Assembly (NCBI GenBank): GCA_963706285.1
Contig: CAVPLU010000013.1
Coordinates: 32,001 to 96,000, forward strand
Direction: 5' to 3'
Source of the DNA: Candidatus Bathyarchaeota archaeon
GTDB lineage: Archaea > Thermoproteota > Bathyarchaeia > 40CM-2-53-6
Length of the DNA stretch: 64,000 nt
The notes under the pieces were generated by a model, which saw only the letters and a list, made by a program, of their open reading frames with translations, was not told the DNA's origin and searched no databases. The position numbers and the translations under genes were made by a program. Position 1 is the stretch's first letter. Each line of letters opens with the position of its first letter. Positions 40,710 through 52,648 of the stretch are shown piece after piece.

Positions 40710-42120
40710 ATGGCTTCAAGACTCCAGATAGGGGAAGACAAGGACAAGAAGGAAGTCATTGACCTTCTGCGCAAACACATTGCATCGGAAGGGGAGAAAG
40801 TCGGGCTATATGAGGAGACAGTGAGGGACATAAAGAGCAGCCCCGTAATGCACCTGCTACATACTCTGCGTCTCGACTCGAGAAAGCACATCGAGATATG
40901 TCAAGCAGTCATCGAGGTGCTGGAAGGACAGGATTGGCTTCCGCCGGACAAAAAGGAACTCGTCGAGCACCTACAGCGCCACGTCAATGCCGAGAAGGAT
41001 GCCATCGACAGGGCGAACAGAATCCTCGAAAATATTTGGATACAGAAAACATCGGTTCTGAAGGAACTCATTGAATCACTCAGGGATGACGAGGTAGGGC
41101 ATTACAACACACTGAAAGACCTCGGAATCCGAACAATCGAAGGCACAAAGCACGTCCACCGAGACGAAATGAAGCACATAACACTTGAGCGGCACCCATT
41201 GAACCCGCTGATAACTCCGCGACCTGGCATAAGCTGGGAAGAGAAGGGAACCTTGAACCCTGGCGGGGTCTTCGCGGATGGGATCTTCCACATATTCTAC
41301 AGAGCCTTCAGCGCACAGAACACGTCCTCCATTGGATACTGTGCGATAAGCTCAGATGTGCGAATGATCGAGAGGCCAGACCATCCTATCATGGCTCCAG
41401 AGTACGAGTGGGAGGAGCATGGATGCGAGGATCCAAGAGTGACCAAGATCGGCGAGACGTATTACATGACGTACACAGCATATTCGAGGAGAGGCCCAAG
41501 GATCGCCCTGGCGTCAAGCAGTGATCTCAAGACATTCAAGAAGATTGGTGTCATAGGGCCTGATCTGGACGACAAAGACGCCGTACTATTTCCTGAGGTG
41601 ATCGATGGCAAGATCGTGCTAATTCATAGGATCGAGCCCGCAATGCAAGTCGCCTTCATTGATCACTCCAAGTTCGAAAAGATGTCAGATCCTCAACTCC
41701 GGTCTGAGTATTGGACACAGTACAGCCTACAGCACCTTTCTGATCCCAGCGTACATGCTTTGATGAAACCAACAGAATGGTGGGAAGAGAAGAAGTTGGG
41801 TGCAGGCCCACCTCCGATCAAGACTCCCAAAGGATGGCTGATCATCTACCATGGTGTTGACAACAGCCTCATCTACAGAGCAGGAGCCGCCCTAGCAGAT
41901 CTTGAGAACCCCTCGAGAATCATCGCGAAATCGAAGACTCCAATTCTCGAGCCGAAAGAGTTCTACGAAATGAGCGGGTTCGTCCGTCGCGTCGTGTTCC
42001 CTGAAGCTGCGATGATCCAAGATGGTGTATTGTACGTGTTCTATGGCGGTGGTGACTCAGTCTCATGCCTTGCAACTGCTTCGCTAGACGACGATCATTA
42101 ACTCGCTTCAGAAGATCTGA
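40710..42120 (+). CDS. Ferritin-like domain fused to GH130 glycoside phosphorylase/hydrolase
   Basis: Helical repeats with DSRKH and DEVGH; NPG, GCEDPRV, DKDAVLFP, GAGPPP, YHGV, VVFP; last codons frameshifted. Confidence 0.85.
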
Positions 42121-42237
42121 AAAATGCTGTTGTTGCAGCCTGTGAGATGCTGATACGAGTGCACGTTCCACACTCGCCATTGCAGAGAGAAAGCAAGAAA
42201 AGAGGCACTGACCTTAGGTGTCAGGGGCGTTCCTAGC

Positions 42238-42690
42238 GTGGAGCAAAGAGCCATTCTGATCGTAGATGATGATGAGATCATCCTAGAGACCCTCAGAGAT
42301 TTCTTACAATCCAAGGGCTATGCGGTTGCAACAGCCGCTACAGCAAAAGAAGCAATGGAGAAATCCAGGTCCAGGAATTTCAACCTCGCCTTACTAGACA
42401 TCAAGCTCCCTGATATGGAAGGCACGGAACTATTGCGGAAACTCCACAGCGTGACGCCAAGAATGATGAAGGTAATGATCACAGCCCATGGCACTCTAAA
42501 GAACGCAGTTGACTCCGTGAACTTTGGCGCTGACGGATACTTGTTGAAACCGATCAATCAAGGAGAGCTACTCAAGATTGTAGAAAGCAAGTTGAGAGAA
42601 CAGTACGCGACTGAAACAATGAGCGAAGATCAAGTTGCAGAATGGATCCGTACGAGGCTACAGAAGCTGGAGCAGAATCAACAGCCCTAG
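42238..42690 (+). CDS. Response regulator
   Basis: IVDDD, LDIKLPD, GADGYLLKP. Confidence 0.92.
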   Translation: MEQRAILIVDDDEIILETLRDFLQSKGYAVATAATAKEAMEKSRSRNFNLALLDIKLPDMEGTELLRKLHSVTPRMMKVMITAHGTLKNAVDSVNFGADGYLLKPINQGELLKIVESKLREQYATETMSEDQVAEWIRTRLQKLEQNQQP

Positions 42691-42708
42691 ATTATCCTGG
42701 ATTGACCT

Positions 42709-42753
42709 TCTCCTCGACTGAAGTCGGAGCTTGCGCTCGCCCAGTTATGGTCA
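42709..42753 (+). repeat. ~45-bp hairpin repeat, copy 1 (IS200/IS605-end-like)
   Basis: TCTCCTCGACTGAAGTCGGAGCTTGCGCTCGCCCAGTTATGGTCA. Confidence 0.8.
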
Positions 42754-42816
42754 ACATGACTTCCGCTGCAACTCACCCATCATGTGACAATTTGATCGAT
42801 GGCTAGTTGAGAATAC

Positions 42817-43320
42817 ATGGAGGTTCAAACACCCCTCGGTCACAACCTTCTTGGGCCTCCGTATAAGACGCGTGGGGATCATCGGAGTCTCGGCAAAGTA
42901 TCTATGAGCGCCGCACCATATACGGCCAAAGACAGCTCGACATGTAGCTGGAATTCGTTGATGGAAGGTTCCAATCGGCTAGAAGGAAAAGAGTACGAGC
43001 TAATGCAGAGAGTCTTGAAGCTCTGGGAACGTTACAAGCCACTCTGCTTGGAACGCCTATGCGTGATCGAAGAGGCATATGCAGTTGCCGAATCGGCCAC
43101 TTTGGATAGCGATCTCCGAGAGAAGGCAGAATCAGCAGCGCACAAGCTGGCCGGTGCATTAGGCTCCATTGGCCTTCCAGAAGGATCCAAGATAGCAAGC
43201 CAAATAGAGGCCCTTCTCCAGCCAGAGAATAGTCTTACTCCCGGCCAGCTCCCACTCCTTTCTGAACTTATCGCCAAACTACGCTCTCAGCTGACCAATG
43301 GACCTGCCAGTCCGGGATGA
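42817..43320 (+). CDS. Stand-alone Hpt phosphotransfer protein (start likely ~42961)
   Basis: AHKLAGALGSIG helical motif. Confidence 0.85.
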   Translation: MEVQTPLGHNLLGPPYKTRGDHRSLGKVSMSAAPYTAKDSSTCSWNSLMEGSNRLEGKEYELMQRVLKLWERYKPLCLERLCVIEEAYAVAESATLDSDLREKAESAAHKLAGALGSIGLPEGSKIASQIEALLQPENSLTPGQLPLLSELIAKLRSQLTNGPASPG

Positions 43321-43374
43321 TTAATTAGAAACCCATTGATGCATTTCAGTCAACGAGAACCTCTCCCTTGAGTC

Positions 43375-43420
43375 TCTCCTCGACTGAAGTCGGGAGCTTG
43401 CGCTCGCCCAGTTGTGGTCA
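43375..43420 (+). repeat. ~45-bp hairpin repeat, copy 2
   Basis: TCTCCTCGACTGAAGTCGGGAGCTTGCGCTCGCCCAGTTGTGGTCA. Confidence 0.8.
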
Positions 43421-43798
43421 CACATTCCAACCTAGTATTGCCGCAATTTGGGTGCCTATTTTTACTGGGTCGAATGGTTTCGCGATGACATCTCTAACGC
43501 CCAGGTCCGCGAATACCTTTCTGTCAGCCGCTTGCACTTTTGCTGTGAACATGATCACCGGGATTTGCTTGGTCGATGGGTCGGCCTGCAGTTTATGGAA
43601 TGTCGCTATTCCGTCGATGTCGGGCATCATTGCGTCCAATAGAATTGCATCGGGATTTTCCTGCTTCGCCTTTGCAATGCCTTGGTTTCCGGATTCAGCG
43701 GTGAGGACTTGCCATCCCGAAACCATCTCGAGACTCATCTGAGCGAGTTCTCGAATGTCCGGTTCATCATCGATCACTAGGATCTTCTTACTCGACAT
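43418..43798 (-). CDS. Response regulator
   Basis: MSSKKILVIDDE, LDAMMPD, IAKPFDP. Confidence 0.9.
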   Translation of the reverse strand: MSSKKILVIDDEPDIRELAQMSLEMVSGWQVLTAESGNQGIAKAKQENPDAILLDAMMPDIDGIATFHKLQADPSTKQIPVIMFTAKVQAADRKVFADLGVRDVIAKPFDPVKIGTQIAAILGWNV

Positions 43799-46700
43799 TG
43801 GTCTTACTCCTGCTTTTGAGAATACGCTCCATGAATTGGATGACCTTCTCTTCGAATTGTTCTGGTGGAATGCGGCTCTTCGTAAAGAAAAGCGTTTCAC
43901 CCAATCTCAGGTTCTCCCGCTGCTGCTTGTCGAGTTCTCTCACAGTGTAGACGACTAGTGGAATCGATCGGAGAATGTTGTCTTTGCGCAGATCTTCGAC
44001 CACAGCCGAGCCATCCATGTCTGGGAGCCCCAAGTCCAGTACGATCAGGTCGGGATGCATCTGCTTGCTGAGCGTGATGCCTTTTTCGCCTGTTTGTGCG
44101 AGGCGTGGGTTGAATGTCGTGTCGTTGCAGCATTGCCGCCAGTATCTTGGCTAGATCGAGGTCGTCTTCTATGATCAGGACCGTACGTGTGCTTTCTGTT
44201 CCAGTCATTGCCTTCGGTTCAGGTAGGGGGTGTGTTTCTTGTAGTGGAATTGTGAAGAAGAACGTGCTGCCTTTGCCGACTGTGCTCTCGACCCAAATCT
44301 TGCCATTGTGCTGTTCGATGATGCTTCGCGAGATTGAGAGCCCTAGCCCCGAGCCGCCTTTCTCTCTTGCGTCTGAGCTGTCGACTTGCTGGAACCGTTC
44401 AAAGAGTATCCCGAGTTTGTCGGGTGGAATCCCTCGTCCTTCATCTTGTACTCGGAAAAGCATTTGATTCTCTTTACGTTCAGCGGCGACCCATATCCTG
44501 CCACCCTTGGATGAGAATTTGATTGCGTTGCTTATGAGATTCGTTAGCGCCTGAACGATTCGATCTGGATCAGCCCACAACTCAGCATCCTGGCTTGCGA
44601 TGGAGAAGGAGATGCCTGCCTTCTCAGCCATTGGTTTCATCACATCCGTAGCCTGCTTGACTAGTTGTGCTGTACTGCATTGTTTCTTTTCCATCGGGGT
44701 CTTCCCAGAGGCCAGTCTTTCGGTGTCGAGAATATCGTTTATGAGGCGTACCAGTCTGTCGGTGTTGGTGACCGCGATCTCAAGCATACGTTGCCCTTTC
44801 TCAGGCAGCGCTCCACCTACACCACTGCCCAGAAGGCCCAGCGAGGCTCGAATGGACGTGAGTGGCGTACGCAATTCGTGACTTACCGTCGAAACAAATT
44901 GGTCCTTCATTCGTTCCACCTGCCTGCGTTCGGTGATGTCCTGATGGGTTCCGATCATTCGGAGTGCTTGACCATTCGCGTCTCGGGCGCTTGCTTTTCC
45001 TCGTCCTAGAATCCATTTCCAATCGCCGTTCTTGGTTCTCATTCGGAATTCTATCGCAAAGTTCGGGATCCGATTCTCAATGCAGTCTTGGTTGCTTCGC
45101 AAAGCCTGATCCCGATCGTCAGGATGAATGAGATTCAACCAAGTGTCCTTAAGGTCTGGAAGTTCACCAGGCTCATAGCCGAGCATCCGATAGTAAGCTG
45201 GACTAAAGTACATCTCACCAGTAACCACGTTCCAGTCCCATAACCCATCACTGGTTGCTTCCATCGCTCGGCGGAAGCGTTCCTCGCTCTCCCGCAACGC
45301 CTCTTCCGCTAGCCTACGTTTGGTGATGTCTTTGTTGATGCCTCGATAACCAAGAAGATCACCTTTCTCATCCAGCATGAGGCACAGCCGTTGGTGAGAA
45401 TGCAGATCCTTTCTCCGTTCTTAGTGAGGTTCCAGTTCTCCAAGTCAATTATGCTCTTCTTTTCGGAGTGTAACCTGCCTGAAAATCTTGGCGACGCGTT
45501 CTACTTCATCCTGTGGCATGAAGATCGAAACGGCGTCTTGCCAATGAGTTCTTCAGAGGAGTACCCGATGCATCTGCTGCAACAGTTCCAGTCGACAAAC
45601 GTGAATTTTCCGTCCCTGTCAACTTCCCAGATCCAGTCGCCTGAGCTCGCTCTATGTCCTTGAACCTCTTTCTGGATTCCTTCAGCATCTGTCTGCATTC
45701 GCTTACGTTCGGTGATGTCTCGAGTGGCGAGAATGGTCCCAGTCATCTGGCCCGTCTCATCAAAGACAGGATTACCGACAGACTCAAGCCAGACATAGTG
45801 GCCATCAGCATGTTTGTAACGGTAATCAAACGTTGCAGTTGAACTAGTAGCAAGAGCCTTTCGAACGATTTCTAGCACGTTATCGAGATCATTGGGGTGG
45901 ACAAGCTCAAAAAGAGATTTGCCCAGCACATCTTTAGGGTCATATCCCAGAACAGTTTTGAATGATGGACTAGCGTACTCACAGATTCCCTGAAGATCCG
46001 TCTGTGCAACCATGTCCATCATGTTCTCGGTGATCCGCCGAAAACGTTCCTCGCTCTCTCGCAGTGCATCATTTGCCTCGTCAATTCGCTCTCCGACTGT
46101 TTGACCTGTTCTTGATGCGAGAACGACAACAGTCGCCAGCGCGAGAAGTAGTACAACTGAGGCCGTCAGTTCAGGGTTGCCTGTCCATGTAACGTCGACC
46201 TCACCAAACCAGCCGAGGAACAAGATAATAGCGACCGTAAGTGGAAGGAACGCCCGAAGTAACTGGGCCTTCACCGACTGACCAACCACAATACGCACTG
46301 GCCAACATGTCGGGCCCGCCGAGATGCAAACGCCAATGCCTAGGAGATCAAGAGCAATAGCAGTCGCCATTACATCCGGCATGCTCGAACTTCCATACAT
46401 CAGCGTTTCCCCTAACACGAAGCCAATCGAACCCACAAGAAGAGCAAGAATGGCAGCCAGTTGGTTTCTTCGGTCACCACTAGCCGAAGAGGGGGTCAGC
46501 ATCACGAGAGACGCACTGGCCAGCACAAGGCCTATGGCGGCAATTGCAGACATCCTGCCGGCTGGCGCGAAACCGACCCAGAAACAGTACGCAGGAACAG
46601 CTGCTCAATATCGAGCGGGGTTCCAGTCACAAACTCGATGAGTACTAGGAGACAGAAGACTAGAACAACAATTGCACAGCCTCGGGCAAGCATTCGGCGG

Positions 46701-46934
46701 CGATGGCTCAAGGGCTTATCAGAATAGGTGAACCATGATGCACACAACAGAAGAATCATCAAAGCAGTGCTGGGAGCCATTTGAATGCGTAGATGAGGAC
46801 TGATCATAGAAGCGATGAACCAATTCGACGCCCAACCAACGATCGCAATCGCGGCAAGTACCGGTGGCCACCACAATGCTCAGCCTTGCGATTCGGGTCA
46901 GATTCCTCGAGCTTTCTTGACTCAACATCTCCAC
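43788..46934 (-). CDS. Membrane multi-PAS hybrid histidine kinase (several apparent frameshifts)
   Basis: TM helices, three PAS/PAC units, SHELRTPL, NAIKF, GSGLGL and a C-terminal receiver across ORFs 46719-46934, 46532-46876, 45501-46553, 43897-45378 and 43788-44060. Confidence 0.85.
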
Positions 46935-47083
46935 CTCAGCTCAGATACATTTTCGTTAAGGAGAGGACTTCCGGCAGACACCAGCCAGACGTAGCGACCG
47001 TCAGCATACCTACAACGACTCAGATCTCTGAAACGCATCTCGGAGCTCTCGAGCTTCTCTGCCAACAGTCTCCGTTCAGTCAA
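46922..47083 (-). pseudogene. Internally deleted PAS/PAC remnant (53 codons)
   Basis: TERRLLAEKLESSEMRFRDL joined directly to RYADGRYVWLVSAGSP. Confidence 0.55.
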
Positions 47084-47098
47084 GCCATGGAACCTCCA

Positions 47099-47260
47099 TT
47101 ATGCTTCTACCTTGATCCTTCCCTTCTTCACGACGATTTGGCCATCGTCGCTGGCGAATACTAATCGATCACCATTATCCAGTTTGAGAATGTCTCTGAC
47201 ACGTTTTGGGACGGTTGCCTGAAACTTGCTAGTCAGCTTTGAATCGCCCAAGAGCTCCAT
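47099..47260 (-). CDS. AbrB/MazE/SpoVT-family DNA-binding protein (53 aa, not in ORF track)
   Basis: MELLGDSKLTSKFQATVPKRVRDILKLDNGDRLVF. Confidence 0.85.
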   Translation of the reverse strand: MELLGDSKLTSKFQATVPKRVRDILKLDNGDRLVFASDDGQIVVKKGRIKVEA

Positions 47261-47753
47261 GAATGAATCACTACTTCAATGAAGTAATGATGTAGGATCG
47301 GGATAGGAGATGTGTCACCCAAGTGCAGGCATTCTGGTGAGAGCCATCCTACCGGAAAAAGACATCCTCAGCAACATCACACAGTGACTAGCTCCCCCAT
47401 GAACGAGTGTTGGCCTCTGGCTCACAGGCCAGTATTTCTCATCTCTGTTCATAGAGCAGTTTCATGGAATTCGCGTGCGAGGTGGGAGTCACCCTTGATC
47501 GCATTAGCACCCTCATCAAGTCGAAACGCGAACAAGAAGACTCGGCGCAGGGAGAGAGCGCTGAACAGAAGGTTCGACATGGTAGCCCTGGCCTGGCGTG
47601 TCTGGTCTAAGCACGGAGAGGGCATTGAACCGCGGGTTCAACTCGAATTCCGTGACCTTCGCTTCGTTGAGCTCATACCTATGAATGTTCCATCCGATTT
47701 CCTTGCTCTTCTTATCGAAGGATCTGCTAACTACCGAAGAAGAATTGCAGCTG

Positions 47754-49088
47754 CTATGTATCCGGAGTCGAAATTTGTCGTGCTCGAATCGTATCTTTCA
47801 GCTTCGCCAAGCCTAGCACTGGTAAGGCGACATAGACCACTATGGTCATGGATGCGGCGGCTAGGAAGGCGATCACCGAAGCCACGTCAGCGCTTCCTGT
47901 CATAGTGCCTATGGCTGCGAATATCAGAGCCGTAGCATGAACTATCCCTATCAGGGGCAGCAACAGGACGCGGAAGACTGCTCGTAGAAGAACGCTTGCT
48001 GATATGGCTTCAGCCAGCCACGGGCTCCATGAATAGTAGAAGCCGTTGAATGCCTCAACGAGGACTCTTCCCGTCGGTGTTGAGCCTATCAGGTTGTCGC
48101 GTACGTAGCGCATGTAGACGACCTCTGGCGCTTGGTCTGAAGCGTACGCGGCAGTAGCAATCACGCAATTCAAATTCAAAGGCGGAGACAGAGGCTTGAA
48201 GGACTGTGCGCTAGTAGTCGTTGTGCTAGTTGTGAGGCTTCTCGTTTCGAGCGTGAGTATCACGATTTCGGTGCTCACACTGGTTGCCGTGCGGGTAATA
48301 GTCGCGTCACGCGTTGTGGTCGTACCAGATAGTGTCACGTAACCCGAACTAGTCACAGTTGTAGTCCCAGCAATCGTGGTTGTTACGCTCGTTGTCGTGC
48401 TTGTCGTCCAACTCACTATCCAAACCGATCCGCCAGTCAAGGTCAGTACGCCGCTCGCAGCGTTCCATTGCCATCCTGCACCCTCCACTTTTGATACGCC
48501 ATCAAGGCTCACAGCTATTGGTTTGCCTTCGACGCTTGACAGCTGCAATATTCCAGTTCCTCCCGTCTGGATCGTGAGTTGCTTTGCACTTGGCGCATAG
48601 GTTGTAGCGATTATGGGGGTGGTCGCTTTGAGAATCTTGATTCCCGATGTGCCTAACGTATTGAAGTCTACTGTGACCGTTTGGTTGCTCAACTGGGTGT
48701 AGAGCGTCATGTTGGTATTCGCGTACGAGTAGTTGAGTGCGTTCACGACGAAGGACGGGGAAACGGTCCCAGTCTGGAACGTAATCGGAATTGTTCCTGT
48801 GCTAGTGCGGTTCCACGCAAGAAATGTCATCTGTTTGTTCGGCAGTAAGTCGGTTCTCCCGGTCAGATTTAGGAAAACCTCGGGAGGTTGGGTTTGCTTC
48901 GGAAGCACCAACGGGCCAGACAACGTATACGTGTTGAGGAAACGGACTGTACCATTATTCCACTGCAAGCCTACTTGGCGAGAGTAGTTCAAACTCAGGT
49001 ATTGTGGAACTACGACCGAGCCTCCCGCCAAAGGTAGAAAGATGGTCGCGATCATGGTAAGAACTACAAGGTGGGCAAAACAGCGCAT
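47754..49088 (-). CDS. Surface protein with Thr-rich linker and CFI-box-CTERM domain
   Basis: Signal peptide, NxT/S sites, poly-Thr, CVIATAAY...MRYVRDNL...FYYSWSP. Confidence 0.85.
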   Translation of the reverse strand: MRCFAHLVVLTMIATIFLPLAGGSVVVPQYLSLNYSRQVGLQWNNGTVRFLNTYTLSGPLVLPKQTQPPEVFLNLTGRTDLLPNKQMTFLAWNRTSTGTIPITFQTGTVSPSFVVNALNYSYANTNMTLYTQLSNQTVTVDFNTLGTSGIKILKATTPIIATTYAPSAKQLTIQTGGTGILQLSSVEGKPIAVSLDGVSKVEGAGWQWNAASGVLTLTGGSVWIVSWTTSTTTSVTTTIAGTTTVTSSGYVTLSGTTTTRDATITRTATSVSTEIVILTLETRSLTTSTTTTSAQSFKPLSPPLNLNCVIATAAYASDQAPEVVYMRYVRDNLIGSTPTGRVLVEAFNGFYYSWSPWLAEAISASVLLRAVFRVLLLPLIGIVHATALIFAAIGTMTGSADVASVIAFLAAASMTIVVYVALPVLGLAKLKDTIRARQISTPDT

Positions 49089-49253
49089 CAGTCTTCATCT
49101 TTTGGATGGTCAGCCTCGCGGATGATTCTGCGGGTTTCTCCGAGTGAACGAACAAACTCTGACAGCTTCTTTGGCACCCACATGAAGAACACGCCGACTA
49201 TCGCCGTATTTCAGCGATTCAAAACCGACTATCGCCAACACCACTTACGTCTC

Positions 49254-51273
49254 TCATACTGTCTTGAGCCTTACCACTAGTGCCGTGTCAACGCTGGCGG
49301 CAGTCGCCTGAGTCAATGGATCGAAGGTGGCAGGACTCGTATTAGCCGCTATCGCAGTCGTGAACATCGTTGGATGAGTGCCAGCTTCAACATTGGTATT
49401 GATTAGGTCGTAAGTCTGAGTTCCATACGTCCTCGCCGTGAAACTACCTGAAGCGCTATCCCTCCCCCAGAGAATGTAGATCAAACCGCGCTTCAGAGTC
49501 ACTGACCCTTGGCTAGGCGCAACCGTGTAGGTAGCCGCCCCCGTCATCGCTATCGCTGTACAGGTGGCAACCAGATTTGCCACGCCGCTCTTTCCGTCAG
49601 TTGCCTGATAGATCAACAGCCTCGCAGTGCCTGACCCCGTCCCAGTGGTTCTGAATACTATCCGATTGAAAGTCACTGGTCGATTAATGATGTAGGATGC
49701 GCCGTCAAAGTTTGTCTGATCAGCCCGCGTAATCTGTGCGGCAGTCGGACCTTCAGGACGAGGAAGATAATCAGCCGTCTCAATCCCAAGAATCTGATCA
49801 GGAACCGCGTCAATGTCAACCGTATTGGTTGCGGGAGTATCAACCACCGTAAGTTTCGTGGATGCAGCTTTGATGTTCTTGAGTTGAAGATCGACGCCAA
49901 GACTTCTGCTTGTAGATGCCGATTCCTGCTGTGCCCGCATTGGATGCCGTGTTTGATTCACCCACACCTGTACCGGATAGGACCGTGGTTATCCCGAGCT
50001 TTCCAGACGTGATGAACTTCGCTTTCAAAGGATCATTGAGTGCCGTGGTGCCCTGCTGAACGATTAGCCAACCACGAAAAGTCATCAAAGTGGTGAAGGG
50101 ACCAATATTGACAGCCTTGAGAACATCCGCTTGGGCCGCCGCCATACTAGCATACTCTGTCTGTCCATAATGAATCAGGCCAATAGCAACCTCAGGGTCG
50201 AAGAATATTTGTTGAAGCGTGAATTTGCCAGCAGTCACAGCATGTAGAGTGCCAGTACCATCATCGTAATGTTCTGGGTCTATGCTCTGGGATTTTGATG
50301 TATGAGTCCATACGCCCGGAGTGGCACTCTGGTAACTGTATATGTTCCAAACAATCGTTACGGCATTGTCTGTGTGGATGTTTGGACTTCGTCTATCCTG
50401 TACGTATCCTGATCCAATCGAGAACGTTCTACCAGCCGTCTTATCGACAAAGAGGTTCGCGCCGTTCGGTCCAAAAACGTTCCCGTCAATGTTGAATGAG
50501 CCTAATGCTTCAGCGAAATCGGTGAACTGCATTCCAGTATCGTATGCGACGTAGCTGTGACCTAGAATGCCTTCGAGTACCGTGTGCAGCGGATGTTGCA
50601 ACTGCCCTAATTCAACCAGGTCTCTCCGCTCGGAAGCAGTTAATTCACTGGTTTGTTGCATCACGGCTCCGGCAGCATTAATGCTCACATACGTCTTATC
50701 AGCCGTTGCCAGATTAGGAACCGCTATGGCAGTCATAGCTGGCCAATTGAGTGTCGTTCGAACTGGCGCATTAACATCCGTGTAATTATTCACGAAAATG
50801 CCTGAACCAGCAGCTATGTCGAATTTGGTGGGGTCAGCATTAATTGAAAGCGTCCCACCAGTCAACAATCCAGTGGATTGCACATTCTTCATTCGGATGG
50901 TTTCTGCGGAGATGTCTACGCCGTCAACGTTTCCTGTAGCAGTTAGGTTGGCAAGCTTGAGATCCCTGTATGATGCACCCGTAATGTCCATGATGGCAAG
51001 CGTGTTGGCAAGGGAATCCTCTTTGAGAAGAAGGGCGCCTAGTTCGATCTTATCGGGGTTATCGTAGAGTGTCATGGCACGGCTGGGTTTAGTGTCTTCA
51101 AAGGCAAGCAGTAGACTGAGTAGCGCACCTGCACCAAGTCCTCTGCTTAGTCTCACTAGAACGTCGCGCCGAGACGACGGGGGTAGTCCAGCGATGGCTT
51201 GGCTGATCGCGTCTACGTCAGCGTCCTTTCTTCCCCCATCTTCACGATGGACCAAGGGGTTTCCATTCCTCAC
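49254..51273 (-). CDS. Virion-fibre-like beta-rich protein with twin-arginine-like signal (frameshift ~49900)
   Basis: SRRDVL plus hydrophobic stretch; GESNTASNAGTAGIGIYKQK continues as GVDLQLKNIKA in the next frame. Confidence 0.6.
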
Positions 51274-51889
51274 CTATTGGGTTCGGCATTGAGTTTGAAT
51301 ATTCTTGAGTACTTGGAGGCAAAATCGCCCATGCGAGCATTAACAATCAGCATTGATGTGTCCTCATGAAAATCTCGCTAGCGTAGACCATTTCTTCTTT
51401 CTTGTTTGTGAGGTTTTGATGTGAATGGTTGGCCATCGTTGACCACGAGATTGCAGATCGAGCTCACGATCGACACAGACGCAACATACAAAGACAAACA
51501 TGTTCAAAGAAAGTGCCCCGGCGGTAGAGAAACCAGTTTTGAGAAGACTGTGTGAGAAATTCGGCATGGACTACGAAAGCATCAAGGACTTGCAGTTTCA
51601 GGCCACTCTCGAGACGGCCACGCATATTGTAGGCCCGACCCCTAAGCAAGTTAGGCAGATTGCTGTGGCTTTCTCCAGTTCTTGCGAGCGTAGGAGGCTT
51701 GCGACTGGTTAATCCAAGCGTGACTCCGGCAAGTCTGCCGGCACTCTGTCTTGAAACGTTTCATTTACAATGAATTCTGGAAAATTCAGTTGAAACATGC
51801 CCGTCAGAAATCCGATTCACCAGTGGGGCACACTGTCTCAGGCATTCCTCGTTCCCGGACAAGAACTTTCTCTAGCGTTGGTTAGAGGC

Positions 51890-52635
51890 TTACATGAACC
51901 CGTTCGTCATCGACTTCCTGGGAGCACCAGTGACAATGCCTTCATATTGGGCAAAGGGCGCGGCTACCTTGATACCCTGTGACGTAATCGCAAACTCCCT
52001 CAGCTCTTTGCTATGGTCACTTCCTCTAAGCTTCAATATGACCAGCGCTTTGCGCATGGAGGACTCGATCTCGACGTATCGTAGAAGAATTATGCCGTCT
52101 ACGAGAAAACTCATCCCGGCTTCTGTCACTGAAAGCGATTGTCCAACTATTTGTGGCGACTCCCATGTGAGTACTGAGCTTGAGTCGCTTGGTCTTGAGA
52201 TACATGATCAATCGATAGGTTTCCTTTCTGAGGTCGCTCTCGGGAACGTACATTTGAAGGTGGCTTAGCGAGTCGATTACTATTCTCTGAGGCTGAATCT
52301 CCTTGATCGACTCGTCAAGTATGTTTTCTCCTCCTTCGGTTTGCATGAGTAGATTTGGAGACGTGCATATCAACCTGAACTTGTTTTCCTCCTCTAACTT
52401 CCGTAGATCCCAGCCAAAGCTCTTGGCATCACGATAGATCTGATTGGGAAGTTCCTCGAAGGTCACGTAGATCCCCCTGTCACCAAATTGAGTTACCCCG
52501 TTCACCAAGTACTGCAGTGCAAGAGTTGTCTTTCCTGACCCGGCGCTTCCCGCGATCAGGACGGCATCTCCTGGCATGAATCCACCCCTTGAGCATCTCG
52601 TCGAGTTCAAGTATTCCTGTCTTGATACGTTCCAT
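51890..52635 (-). CDS. KaiC/RAD55-family ATPase (two apparent frameshifts)
   Basis: MERIKTGI..LDEML, GSAGSGKT, YVTFEE, VIDSL, VDGIILL, KLRGSDH. Confidence 0.88.
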
Positions 52636-52648
52636 CTTCGTTAATCTC

